From an uncultured bacterium (GTDB lineage: Bacteria > Krumholzibacteriota > Krumholzibacteriia > Krumholzibacteriales > Krumholzibacteriaceae): a stretch of 64,000 nt of DNA. A program made the position numbers and the translations under genes. Numbering within the stretch: the first letter of the stretch is position 1; the number at the start of each line of letters is the position of its first letter. Below the pieces are notes generated by a model that had not been told where the DNA came from, made no database searches, and saw nothing but the letters and a program-made list of their open reading frames with translations. Shown here piece after piece: positions 48,452 to 57,277 of this stretch. The stretch lies in NCBI GenBank assembly GCA_963813815.1, contig CAWFAD010000016.1, positions 544,001-608,000 of the forward strand. Reading direction: 5' to 3'.

Positions 48452-48852
48452 GCGTCCGCGTCGATGACGCGGACGAGGCACCGGCGCGTGCGCGGCCCGT
48501 CGAACTCGCAGAAGAATATCGCCTGCCACGTGCCGAGGACGGCGCCGCCCTCGCTCACCGGCACGAGCGCGGAGACCCCCGTGAGAGTCGATTTCACGTG
48601 GGCGTGGGCGTTCCCCTCGGCGTGCCGGTATTCGTCTCCCTCGGGGACGAGCCTCGAGAGCGTTTCGTCGAGGTCGCGCGTCACGTCGGGGTCGGCCTTT
48701 TCGTTGACCGTGACGCCCGCCGTGGTATGGGGCACGAAGATGTGGCAGAGTCCTTCCCGGACGCCGCTCCGCGCGATGATCCTCTGAACGTCGGCGGTGA
48801 TGTCGACGATCTCGGTTCGCGCGCGCGTGCGCAGCGTGAGCTCGTGCAGCAT
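48439..48852 (-). CDS. yjbQ: YjbQ/UPF0047 family protein
   Basis: HTTAGVTVNE.ADPDV, YRHAEGNAHAHVK, LGTWQAIFFCEFDGPR. Confidence 0.93.
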   Translation of the reverse strand: MLHELTLRTRARTEIVDITADVQRIIARSGVREGLCHIFVPHTTAGVTVNEKADPDVTRDLDETLSRLVPEGDEYRHAEGNAHAHVKSTLTGVSALVPVSEGGAVLGTWQAIFFCEFDGPRTRRCLVRVIDADAHHG

Positions 48853-48960
48853 GCGAACCTCCTTGCATCCGGCCGGGCGAACGCCCCTTGACCGTTCTGT
48901 CGTCCGTCCGTATAATAGCGCATTCTATCCCGGCGTTCAATTTCAAGGAGGTCCGTCGTC

Positions 48961-50427
48961 ATGTCCATCAGCGGCCTGGAACCGAAGATTCTCTGGAAAC
49001 ACTTCGACAAGATTCGAAGCATTCCCCACTGCTCCGGGCACGAGGAGAAGCTCGCCGAGTATCTCATGTCGTACGCGAAGGGGAAGGGGCTCGAGGCGGA
49101 GAAGGATCGCAACGGCAACGTCATCGTCCGCGTGGCGGCCACGCCGGGGCACGAGGGGGCGCCGACCGTCGTTCTGCAGGGGCACATAGACATGGTGTGC
49201 GAGAAGAACTCGGACGTCGCGCACGATTTTTCGAAGGACCCGATCCAGCTCGAGTTTCAGGGGGAATGGCTCAAAGCGAAGGGCACGACGCTCGGCGCGG
49301 ACAACGGCATCGGGCTCGCCGCGGCGCTCGCGACGATCGAGGCGAAGGACGCCGTGCACGGGCCGCTCGAGCTTCTCTTCACGGTCGACGAGGAGGTCGG
49401 CCTCACGGGCGCCGGCAAGCTCAAGCCGGGATTCGTGAAGGGCGGCATGATGCTGAACCTCGACAGCGAGGAGCTCGGAGCGGTCTACATCGGCTGCGCC
49501 GGCGGAGGCGACACGACGCTCAAGCTTCCGCTCGGCTTCGCCGACGCGCACGCCGGGACGAAGGGGTTCGTGCTGCGCGTGAGCGGGCTTCGCGGAGGGC
49601 ATTCGGGAATCGACATACACGAGCAGCGCGGAAACGCGATCAAGGTGCTCGCGCGCTGTCTCTGGAAGGCGGCCCGCACCCAGCCCGTGCATCTCGTGAG
49701 CGTGAGAGGCGGCAGCAAGCGGAACGCCATCCCGCGCGAGGCGGAAGCGGAGCTCATGGTGCTCGAGACGGCGATCGACGAACTCTCGGGAATCATCGGC
49801 GACGAGGTCGCGAAGATCGGCGATGAGCTCGGGGGCCGCGAGGCGAACCTGTCGGTCAAGATCGCTCCGGCCGAGCGCCCGTCGGGCCGGGTCATGGACG
49901 CCTCGTCCCAGCAGAAGCTCCTCAATCTCCTCATGGCGCTCCCGCACGGCGTGTTCGCGATGAGCTACGACATAGCGGGGCTCGTGGAGACCTCGAACAA
50001 CCTCGCGACGATAGCGACGGGCGGGGACGAGGCCGTGATCGGGCTTTCGACCCGCAGCTCCATCGTGAGCGCCCTCAAGGCGCTGCGCGACAAGATCCGC
50101 GCCGTGGCCGACCTCTCCGGCGCCGCGGTCGAGGAGAACGAACCCTATCCGGGCTGGAAGCCGAACCTCGACTCGAAGCTGCTCGCCGTCGTGAAATCGG
50201 TGCACGTGCGCGAGTTCGGCGGCGAGCCCGCGCTCAAGGCGATCCACGCCGGGCTCGAATGCGGCATCATCGGCGAGAAGTATCCGGGAATGGACATGGT
50301 CTCGTTCGGACCGTGGATCGAGCATCCGCATTCCCCGGACGAGCGGGTCAACATTCCCTCAGTCGAAACGTTCTGGAAGGTTCTCCGGGCCGTGCTGGCC
50401 GAGCTCGCGACGAAGCGGGTCGCCTAG
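48961..50427 (+). CDS. pepD: Aminoacyl-histidine dipeptidase PepD (M20C)
   Basis: QGHIDMVCEK, TTLGADNGIG, TVDEEVG, NLDSEE, GGHSG, IHAGLECG, HSPDE. Confidence 0.94.
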   Translation: MSISGLEPKILWKHFDKIRSIPHCSGHEEKLAEYLMSYAKGKGLEAEKDRNGNVIVRVAATPGHEGAPTVVLQGHIDMVCEKNSDVAHDFSKDPIQLEFQGEWLKAKGTTLGADNGIGLAAALATIEAKDAVHGPLELLFTVDEEVGLTGAGKLKPGFVKGGMMLNLDSEELGAVYIGCAGGGDTTLKLPLGFADAHAGTKGFVLRVSGLRGGHSGIDIHEQRGNAIKVLARCLWKAARTQPVHLVSVRGGSKRNAIPREAEAELMVLETAIDELSGIIGDEVAKIGDELGGREANLSVKIAPAERPSGRVMDASSQQKLLNLLMALPHGVFAMSYDIAGLVETSNNLATIATGGDEAVIGLSTRSSIVSALKALRDKIRAVADLSGAAVEENEPYPGWKPNLDSKLLAVVKSVHVREFGGEPALKAIHAGLECGIIGEKYPGMDMVSFGPWIEHPHSPDERVNIPSVETFWKVLRAVLAELATKRVA

Positions 50428-50469
50428 CGGTTTCGAGCGGATCAGCCGCGCGCGGCGCGGCGGTAAGGA

Positions 50470-50501
50470 AAGAGGCCGGGTTCCCGCGAACCCGGCCTCT
50501 T
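50470..50501. terminator. Bidirectional terminator between pepD and pruA
   Basis: Perfect 14-bp stem AAGAGGCCGGGTTC-CCGC-GAACCCGGCCTCTT. Confidence 0.8.
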
Positions 50502-50536
50502 CGTTTGCGGTCGATCGAGGCTTCCTCTCCCCGGTC

Positions 50537-52168
50537 TTACTCCTCCGACATGAACGGGTAGCGGTAGTCCTTCGGAGGACAGAAGGTCTCCTTGAGCGTC
50601 CGCGGGCTCGTCCAGCGGATCATGTTGAGAAGGCTTCCCGCCTTGTCGTTCGTTCCCGAGGCGCGGCTCCCGCCGAAGGGCTGCTGGTTCACGACCGCGC
50701 CCGTCGGTTTGTCGTTGATGTAGAAGTTGCCCGCCGCGTCGCGGAGCGCGCGCGTGAGCTCGACGATCGCCGAGCGGTCCTCGGCGAAGATGGAGCCCGT
50801 GAGCGCGTAGGCCGAGCCCGTGTTGACGAGGTTGACCGCCTTCTCGATCTGCCGGTCGTTATAAACGTAGATCGTGAGAACCGGCCCGAAGATCTCCTCG
50901 CGCATCGTCTTGAAGTCGGGGCGTTTCGCGACGATGACCGTCGGCTCGATGAAGTAGCCCTTGCGATCGTTGCAGCCGCCGCCGGCGATGATTTTCGCGC
51001 CGGACGAGCGCTTCGCGTACGCGATGTACGACTTGATGCTCTCGAACGCGGCCTTGTCGATCACGGCCGTCATGAAGTTGCGGAAGTCCCTCGCGTCCCC
51101 CATTTTGATCGTCGCGATCTCGGCGAGCAGCATCTTCTTGACGCGCGGCCAGAGGCTTTTCGGGACGTAGGCGCGCGAGGCGGCGGAGCATTTCTGCCCT
51201 TGAAACTCGAAGGCCCCCCGCACCATCGCGATGACGAGCGGCCGCACGTCCGCCGAGGGATGCGCGAAGATGAAATCCTTGCCGCCCGTCTCGCCGACGA
51301 TTCTCGGGTACTGCTTGTAGTTCTTGATGTTCGAGCCGATCACTTCCCACATGTTCTGGAAGACGGCCGTGCTGCCCGTGAAGTGGACGCCGGCGAGGTC
51401 GGGGTGCGTGAGCACCTGATCGCCGACGACCGAGCCCGGTCCGGGGATCATGTTGATGACGCCGTCCGGAAGCCCCGCCTTCTTCAGGATCTGCATGACG
51501 AAGTGGGCGGAGTAGACCGCGCTCGAGGCCGGCTTCCACACGACGGTGTTTCCCATCATCGCGGGGGCCGTCGGGAGGTTTCCCGCGATCGCGGTGAAGT
51601 TGAACGGGGTCACGGCGAAGACGAAGCCGTCGAGCGGACGCGCTTCGCTCATGTTCCATATCCCCGGCTGCGATTCGGGCTGCTGCGTGAGGATCTGCTT
51701 CATGAAGTACGTGTTGAAGCGCAGGAAATCGATGAGCTCGCACGCCGAGTCGACCTCGGCCTGAAACGCCGTCTTGCTCTGCCCGAGCATCGTCGCGGCG
51801 TTGAGCGTGGCGCGGTGCTCGCCGGCCAAGAGATCCGCGGCGCGCAGGAAGATCGCGGCGCGCGCCTCCCACGGCATCCGGGACCACGATTCCTTCGCGT
51901 CGAGGGCGGCCTTGATCGCGGCGCGGACCTCGCGCTTGCCGGCCTTGTGGTACGTGGCGAGCACGTGTTTGTGATCGTGCGGCATCACGCAGAGACCCGT
52001 GGCGCCCGTGCGGACGTTGCGGCCGCCGATGACGCACGGGATGTCGATCTTCTTTCCCGCGAGCTCGCGGAGCTTCGCCTTGAGCTCCGCCTTTTCCTTC
52101 GAGCCGGGCCCGTAGGACAGGATGGTCTCGTTCTTGGGCATTTCGACCTTCGGGATTCCTGCGATCAT
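50537..52168 (-). CDS. pruA: L-glutamate gamma-semialdehyde (P5C) dehydrogenase
   Basis: PFNFTAI, FTGST, GETGGK, FQGQKCSA, EEIFGP, NDKPTGAVV.QQPFGG. Confidence 0.95.
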   Translation of the reverse strand: MIAGIPKVEMPKNETILSYGPGSKEKAELKAKLRELAGKKIDIPCVIGGRNVRTGATGLCVMPHDHKHVLATYHKAGKREVRAAIKAALDAKESWSRMPWEARAAIFLRAADLLAGEHRATLNAATMLGQSKTAFQAEVDSACELIDFLRFNTYFMKQILTQQPESQPGIWNMSEARPLDGFVFAVTPFNFTAIAGNLPTAPAMMGNTVVWKPASSAVYSAHFVMQILKKAGLPDGVINMIPGPGSVVGDQVLTHPDLAGVHFTGSTAVFQNMWEVIGSNIKNYKQYPRIVGETGGKDFIFAHPSADVRPLVIAMVRGAFEFQGQKCSAASRAYVPKSLWPRVKKMLLAEIATIKMGDARDFRNFMTAVIDKAAFESIKSYIAYAKRSSGAKIIAGGGCNDRKGYFIEPTVIVAKRPDFKTMREEIFGPVLTIYVYNDRQIEKAVNLVNTGSAYALTGSIFAEDRSAIVELTRALRDAAGNFYINDKPTGAVVNQQPFGGSRASGTNDKAGSLLNMIRWTSPRTLKETFCPPKDYRYPFMSEE

Positions 52169-52361
52169 GCTCCTACCTCCGAGCGTGTGTGGCTGATGTA
52201 CCGGGCGAGAGGACGCGCCTCTCGACTCGCATTGCCGATGAAAAAGCGCGGAGAAATAACGAGTTGCAATATAGCAAAACGGACTTCTCCGGTCAAGGCG
52301 GCCCGGACCGGCCGCGGCGGCGAGAGGCCGCGCCGCGGCTCCGTTCCGCCCGCCGCAACCC

Positions 52362-52391
52362 TTGACTTCGGCGGCGCCTTGCTGTTATCTT
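52362..52391 (+). promoter_or_regulatory. Sigma70-like promoter of tRNA-Trp/trpS unit (TTGACT-N18-TATCTT, extended TG)
   Basis: Hexamers ~35 bp upstream of tRNA. Confidence 0.55.
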
Positions 52392-52424
52392 GTCGGGGAT
52401 AAAGCGCTTCGATACGCGGGTATC

Positions 52425-52497
52425 AGGGGAGTAGCTCAACTGGTAGAGCGTCGGTCTCCAAAACCGGTGGCTGCGGGTTCAAGTCCTGCCTCCCCTA
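52425..52497 (+). tRNA. tRNA-Trp (anticodon CCA), discriminator A73, 3' CCA not encoded
   Basis: Acceptor AGGGGAG/CTCCCCT, D arm GCTC/GAGC, anticodon arm TCGGT-CTCCAAA-ACCGG, T arm GCGGG-TTCAAGT-CCTGC. Confidence 0.95.
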
Positions 52498-52564
52498 TTT
52501 TTTATTTCCATACGCCGGGCCGCGCCCGCGCGGCCGGCGCGGCGGCGCGGAGAAAACGGATCGC

Positions 52565-53590
52565 ATGAGCAAACGCAGAGTCACGAGCGGCATGCGCCCC
52601 ACGGGGAGCATGCACCTCGGCAATCTTCACGGCGCTCTCGACAACTGGGTGCGCCTCCAGAAGGACTACGACTGCTTCTTCTTCATCGTCGATTGGCACG
52701 CCCTCACGACCCCCGGCGGCGGCGGCGCCGTCGGTTACGAGAGCGTGGGGCGCCTGCGGGAGAACGTGGTCGAGATGGCGATCGACTGGGTCGCCGCGGG
52801 ACTCGATCCCGGCGCATGCGCCATCTTCGTCCAGTCGCACGTGAAGGAGGTCGCCGAGCTGCACCTCCTCTTCTCGATGATCACGCCCCTCGGCTGGCTC
52901 GAGCGCAACCCGACCTACAAGGAAATGGTGCTCGGCTACAAGATCGAGCATCCGAGCTACGGCCTTCTCGGCTATCCGACCCTGCAGGCCGCCGATATCC
53001 TCGCCTACCGGGGGGAGTTCGTGCCCGTCGGGAAGGATCAGGAGGCGCACGTCAATATGACGCGCGACCTCGCGCAGCGGTTCAACAGCCTCTTCGGCCG
53101 GGCGGTGTTCCCGATCACCGAGGTGCTTCTCACCGAGATCCCGAAGGTTCCCGGCATCGACGCGGTCGACAAGAAGATGAGCAAGAGCACCGGCAACTAC
53201 ATTGCGCTCGCCCACGGCGAGCAGGAGACGGCCGAGCGCGTGCGGATCATGTTCACCGATCCGGCGAAGATCCGCAAGAACGACACGGGGCATCCCGAGG
53301 GGTGCGTCGTCTACGCGTTTCACGGGTTCTACAACAAGGCCGAGCAGCCGCTCGTCCGCGGCGAATGCGAGGAGGGGCGACGGGGGTGCGTCGACTGCAA
53401 GAAGCAGCTCGCCGCGCGCATGAACGACGCTCTGCGCCCCATTCGCGAGCGCCGGCGCGCTCTCGCCGAGAAGCCGGATCGCATTCGCGAGATACTCCTC
53501 GACGGCGCCGCGAGAGCGCGTGAGGTCGCCCGCGCGACGCTCGCGGAGGTCCGCGAGGTCATGAACCTGTCGCCGGAGGACGGTATTTGA
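52565..53590 (+). CDS. trpS: Tryptophan--tRNA ligase
   Basis: SGMRPTG..HLGN, DWHALT, YPTLQAADIL, VPVGKDQ, KMSKS. Confidence 0.96.
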   Translation: MSKRRVTSGMRPTGSMHLGNLHGALDNWVRLQKDYDCFFFIVDWHALTTPGGGGAVGYESVGRLRENVVEMAIDWVAAGLDPGACAIFVQSHVKEVAELHLLFSMITPLGWLERNPTYKEMVLGYKIEHPSYGLLGYPTLQAADILAYRGEFVPVGKDQEAHVNMTRDLAQRFNSLFGRAVFPITEVLLTEIPKVPGIDAVDKKMSKSTGNYIALAHGEQETAERVRIMFTDPAKIRKNDTGHPEGCVVYAFHGFYNKAEQPLVRGECEEGRRGCVDCKKQLAARMNDALRPIRERRRALAEKPDRIREILLDGAARAREVARATLAEVREVMNLSPEDGI

Positions 53591-55230
53591 TGAAGGACGC
53601 CATCGATTTTTTCGTATCCCAGTTTCGCAGCCACCTCGACTCCCCGCAAGAGCCCGTCGCCTACCGCCGGCCGCGTCCCTACCGGAACGCCGCGGTGAGT
53701 TTCCGGAAATGCCGCCTCGCCGATTTCGAGGAGCGCCGCCGGCTGCTCATCGAGGAGGCCGGGCTCAACGTGTTCCTCTTCCGCGCCGACCGGATCCCCG
53801 GTTGCGACCTACTCTCCGATTCCGGCACGACCACGATGACGATGGAGCAGTGGGCTTCGATGTTGCTCGGCGACGAGGCGTACGGTTCGAACGAGGGCTA
53901 TTTCGAGCTCAAGGAGGAGATCGCCCGCGCCTTCGGCCCCGCTTGGCGTCAACGGCAGGGACTCCTGACGGGCGAGAGCGAGCCGCTCTTCATCTTTCAT
54001 CAGGGGCGCGCGGCGGAAAACGCCCTCTTCAGCGTACTCGCGCGCGAGCTCCGGCGCGCGGGCGCGCCGCGGGAAGGCGCGATCTCGACGGAGCTCTTCC
54101 CCGAGCTGCGCTCGCGGATCGAGAGCCGCATGCGGCCGATGCGGGGCGCGGTAGCGGGGGACGTTCCGTACTATATCATTCCGAGCAACTCGCATTTCGA
54201 CACGACCGAGGGGAACATCGAGGACAAGCTCATGGTGCCGGTCAATCTCCCGTGCCGCGAGCATCTCACGGGCGACGAATCGTTCCCCTTTCGGGGCAAC
54301 ATGAACCTCGCCGAGCTCGAGAATCTCCTCGCCTCGGAGCGGGATCGCGTGCCGCTCGTGTACCTCACCGTGACGAACAACACGGGGGGCGGACAGCCCG
54401 TTTCGATGGCGAACATCCGGCGCGTCGCCGAGATCGCACACGCGCACGGCCTCCCGTTTTTCGTCGACGCCTGCCGGTTCGCCGAGAACGCCTGGTTCAT
54501 TCGGCGCCGGGAGCCCGGGTACGCCGAACGCTCGATCGAGAGCATCGTGCACGAGATGTTCGAGCACGCCGACGGGTTTCACATCAGCTTTAAGAAAGAC
54601 GGGCTCGCCAACATCGGCGGCGCCGTGTGCCTCCGCGAAGAGAGCGTGTTCACGAGGCGTTTCCCGCGTTTCATGAACGAGCTCACCGACTACCAGATCA
54701 TGACCGAAGGGCATCCGACGTACGGCGGGCTCGCCGGACGCGATCTGCGGGCGATCTCCGAAGGACTCCGGACCGTCATGCGGCGGGAGTACCTCGACAT
54801 TCGCATCGGACAGGTCGAACGCTTCGGCAACCGGCTGCGGGATCTCGGCATTCCGACGATCCGCCCGACGGGCGGGCACGCGATCTACATCGACGTCGAC
54901 CGATTCTTCGACGGCGCCTCGCGCGACGACGATCTCTGCGGCATATCGTTCACGGCGCTGCTCCTCATCGCGGGGCACCGTTTCTGCGAGCTCGGCGTGT
55001 ACGCGTTCGGTTCCTACGACGGCGCGAGGGAGGTTCCTCCCGAGCCGCGCGTCAACAACATCCGCGCGGCGGTGCCGCGCCTCGCCTACGAGGACCGCGA
55101 TCTTCTCGCCGCGGCGGAAGCCGTGAAGATTCTCCACGAGCATCGGGACCGGATTCCGCCGGTCCGCGTGGAGTACGGCCGGGATCTCAAGCTCAGACAT
55201 TTCAAGAGCCGTTTTTCCTTCGCTCTGTAG
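53590..55230 (+). CDS. tnaA: Tryptophanase-like PLP beta-eliminating lyase (divergent)
   Basis: DLLSDSGT, GDEAY, HQGRAAE, HFDTT, GGQPVS, DACRFAEN, SFKKD, TYGGLAGRD, GGHA, LRHF. Confidence 0.8.
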   Translation: MKDAIDFFVSQFRSHLDSPQEPVAYRRPRPYRNAAVSFRKCRLADFEERRRLLIEEAGLNVFLFRADRIPGCDLLSDSGTTTMTMEQWASMLLGDEAYGSNEGYFELKEEIARAFGPAWRQRQGLLTGESEPLFIFHQGRAAENALFSVLARELRRAGAPREGAISTELFPELRSRIESRMRPMRGAVAGDVPYYIIPSNSHFDTTEGNIEDKLMVPVNLPCREHLTGDESFPFRGNMNLAELENLLASERDRVPLVYLTVTNNTGGGQPVSMANIRRVAEIAHAHGLPFFVDACRFAENAWFIRRREPGYAERSIESIVHEMFEHADGFHISFKKDGLANIGGAVCLREESVFTRRFPRFMNELTDYQIMTEGHPTYGGLAGRDLRAISEGLRTVMRREYLDIRIGQVERFGNRLRDLGIPTIRPTGGHAIYIDVDRFFDGASRDDDLCGISFTALLLIAGHRFCELGVYAFGSYDGAREVPPEPRVNNIRAAVPRLAYEDRDLLAAAEAVKILHEHRDRIPPVRVEYGRDLKLRHFKSRFSFAL

Positions 55231-55331
55231 GCCGTCTCCGGCGCGGCGCGGTCGCGCCGCGCGCCCCGTGCGGGTCGCCGCGGCCCCGCCGAAGGCCGGC
55301 GAAGCCCCTTTCGGGGCGATTTTCTCGAAAA

Positions 55332-55347
55332 TGGAATAGTTCGTGCT
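55332..55347 (+). promoter_or_regulatory. Possible sigma54 promoter TGGAATAGTTCGTGCT
   Basis: GG-N10-GC ~90 bp upstream of kinase start. Confidence 0.4.
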
Positions 55348-55434
55348 AATCAGCTCTCTATCCGGCTGTTATGAAGCGTGAGCTGCGCCCGCGCGGCCGA
55401 TGCAGGCTGCGAGGGCGCGTCCGCTGGAGGTAGA

Positions 55435-57225
55435 GTGAGCAGCGCGAACGAGACGAGCATGCCTCCGCGCGCCCCCGTCGAGACGGGCGGCGGCGAGCCG
55501 GAGCGTTCCGCGCCGCCGGGCGAAACCGGCCGCGCGGCCGGGGCGGATGATTCGAACTCCTGCTTCGTCTACTGCGACGTCGACGTGCGCGGCGAGCGGA
55601 GCGACGAGGAGCGGCAGCTCGCGGCCGTCATGGAGATCGCCGGCGCGATCAGCTCCCAGATCGATCTCAACCAGATCCTCTCGGCCATCGCGAAGGAGCT
55701 CGCCAAGGTCATCGACTACGACATCGGCTGCGTCGCGCTGTACGAGAAAGAGCGCAGCGGTCTCTTCATCCGCCACGTCTGGCGCAAGAACGGCGGAACG
55801 GCGGGAGAGGGCCGCTACGTGCCGCTCGACGATTCGAACCTCGTGGGCTGGGTCGCCAACCACCGCAAGCCGCTGCTTCGCAACGACATTCCCGCCGACG
55901 GCCGCTTCCGCGAGATCATGCGCGAGGACAACCTCAAATCCGACATCGTCGTGCCGCTCATAGCGAGGAACGCGCTCATCGGCACCGTGAACGTGGGAAG
56001 CTTCGCGCTCGATCACTTCAGCGAATTCGACCTCGATCTCCTCGTGCGCTTCAGCACGTTGACCTCGATCGCCATCGAGAAGAACATGCTGCTGCGCGAC
56101 CTCGCCGATCTCGGGGAAAAGTACAGCCTCCTCATGAAGAACGCCGGCGAGATCATCGCGATCCTCAACGCGCAGGGGGAGTTCATCGAGTGCAACCGGG
56201 CGATGTGCGACGTCTTCGGGTATCGCGCCGACGAGCTCATCGGCCGTAACTTTCTCGTGCTGACCCTTCCACACCTGCACGACAAGGTGAAGCAGAGCTT
56301 CTTCCGCATGCTGCGCGGAGAGATCACGCGCGCGGGGGAGATGCTCTTCCTGCGAAAGGACGGGAAAACCGTCGTCGTCGAGATCAGCGGCAGCGTCACC
56401 CGCATGAAGGGCGCGCCGTGCCTGGTGGTTATCGCCCACGACGTCACCGAGCGAAGGACCCTTCAGGAACGCATCACCGCGCAGAACGCCGAGCTGACCA
56501 AAATCAACCGCAAGCTCCGCGAGCTCGACGACCTCAAGAACGAGTTTCTCGGCAGGATCAGCCACGAGCTGCGAACGCCGCTCTCGGTGATCATGGCGTA
56601 TACCAACACGCTGCTCGAGGACCGGGACCAGTCGATCGATCCCGAAACCCGCGCGGAATTTCTCCGCGTCATCGACGACCACTCGAACAAGCTTCTCGGC
56701 CTTATCAACGACCTGCTGGATCTCTCCCGCGTGGAAGTGTCGCAAACGATGCTCCACAAGAGCGACGGGAGCCTGAACGACATCGTCAAGATCTCCGTCC
56801 GCATCGCCGAAGCGATCGCCGCGCAGCACCGCGTCCGCGTGACCGCCGACCTCGACGACATGATTCCGATCATGAGCTTCGATCCGCTGCGCATCAGACA
56901 GGCGTGCGTGAATCTCCTCAACAACGCCGTGAAATTCAGCTCCGCCGGGGGCGTCGTCACGATCCGGACGCGGAACGGCAGCGGGGAGGTCACCGTCTCG
57001 ATCGCCGATCAGGGAGCGGGGATCGCCGCGGAAGAGATTCCGCTGCTGTTCGAGAAGTTCGCGCAGCTCGACGGAGGCGCCTCGCGCGAGAACGACGGGC
57101 TCGGCATCGGGCTCAAGCTCGTGAAACACTACGTGGAGCTTCACGGGGGGCGGATCTGGGTCGAGAGCGAGGTCGGCAAGGGATCGACCTTTTCGTTCTC
57201 GCTGCCGCGCCAGCGGCAGGACTAG
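55435..57225 (+). CDS. Cytoplasmic GAF-PAS histidine kinase
   Basis: ISHELRTPL, NLLNNAVKF, DQGAGI, GLGIGL, GKGSTF; GGAGG before GTG 55435. Confidence 0.92.
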   Translation: MSSANETSMPPRAPVETGGGEPERSAPPGETGRAAGADDSNSCFVYCDVDVRGERSDEERQLAAVMEIAGAISSQIDLNQILSAIAKELAKVIDYDIGCVALYEKERSGLFIRHVWRKNGGTAGEGRYVPLDDSNLVGWVANHRKPLLRNDIPADGRFREIMREDNLKSDIVVPLIARNALIGTVNVGSFALDHFSEFDLDLLVRFSTLTSIAIEKNMLLRDLADLGEKYSLLMKNAGEIIAILNAQGEFIECNRAMCDVFGYRADELIGRNFLVLTLPHLHDKVKQSFFRMLRGEITRAGEMLFLRKDGKTVVVEISGSVTRMKGAPCLVVIAHDVTERRTLQERITAQNAELTKINRKLRELDDLKNEFLGRISHELRTPLSVIMAYTNTLLEDRDQSIDPETRAEFLRVIDDHSNKLLGLINDLLDLSRVEVSQTMLHKSDGSLNDIVKISVRIAEAIAAQHRVRVTADLDDMIPIMSFDPLRIRQACVNLLNNAVKFSSAGGVVTIRTRNGSGEVTVSIADQGAGIAAEEIPLLFEKFAQLDGGASRENDGLGIGLKLVKHYVELHGGRIWVESEVGKGSTFSFSLPRQRQD

Positions 57226-57277
57226 CGGCTCATCCCATCGAACACGAACGATCGCGACCGGCGGCGGACCGCCGCGG

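Noticed and set aside
52457..52461. Suppressor or recoding tRNA
   Set aside because: Anticodon is standard CCA, and TGA/TAG act as normal stops throughout the window.
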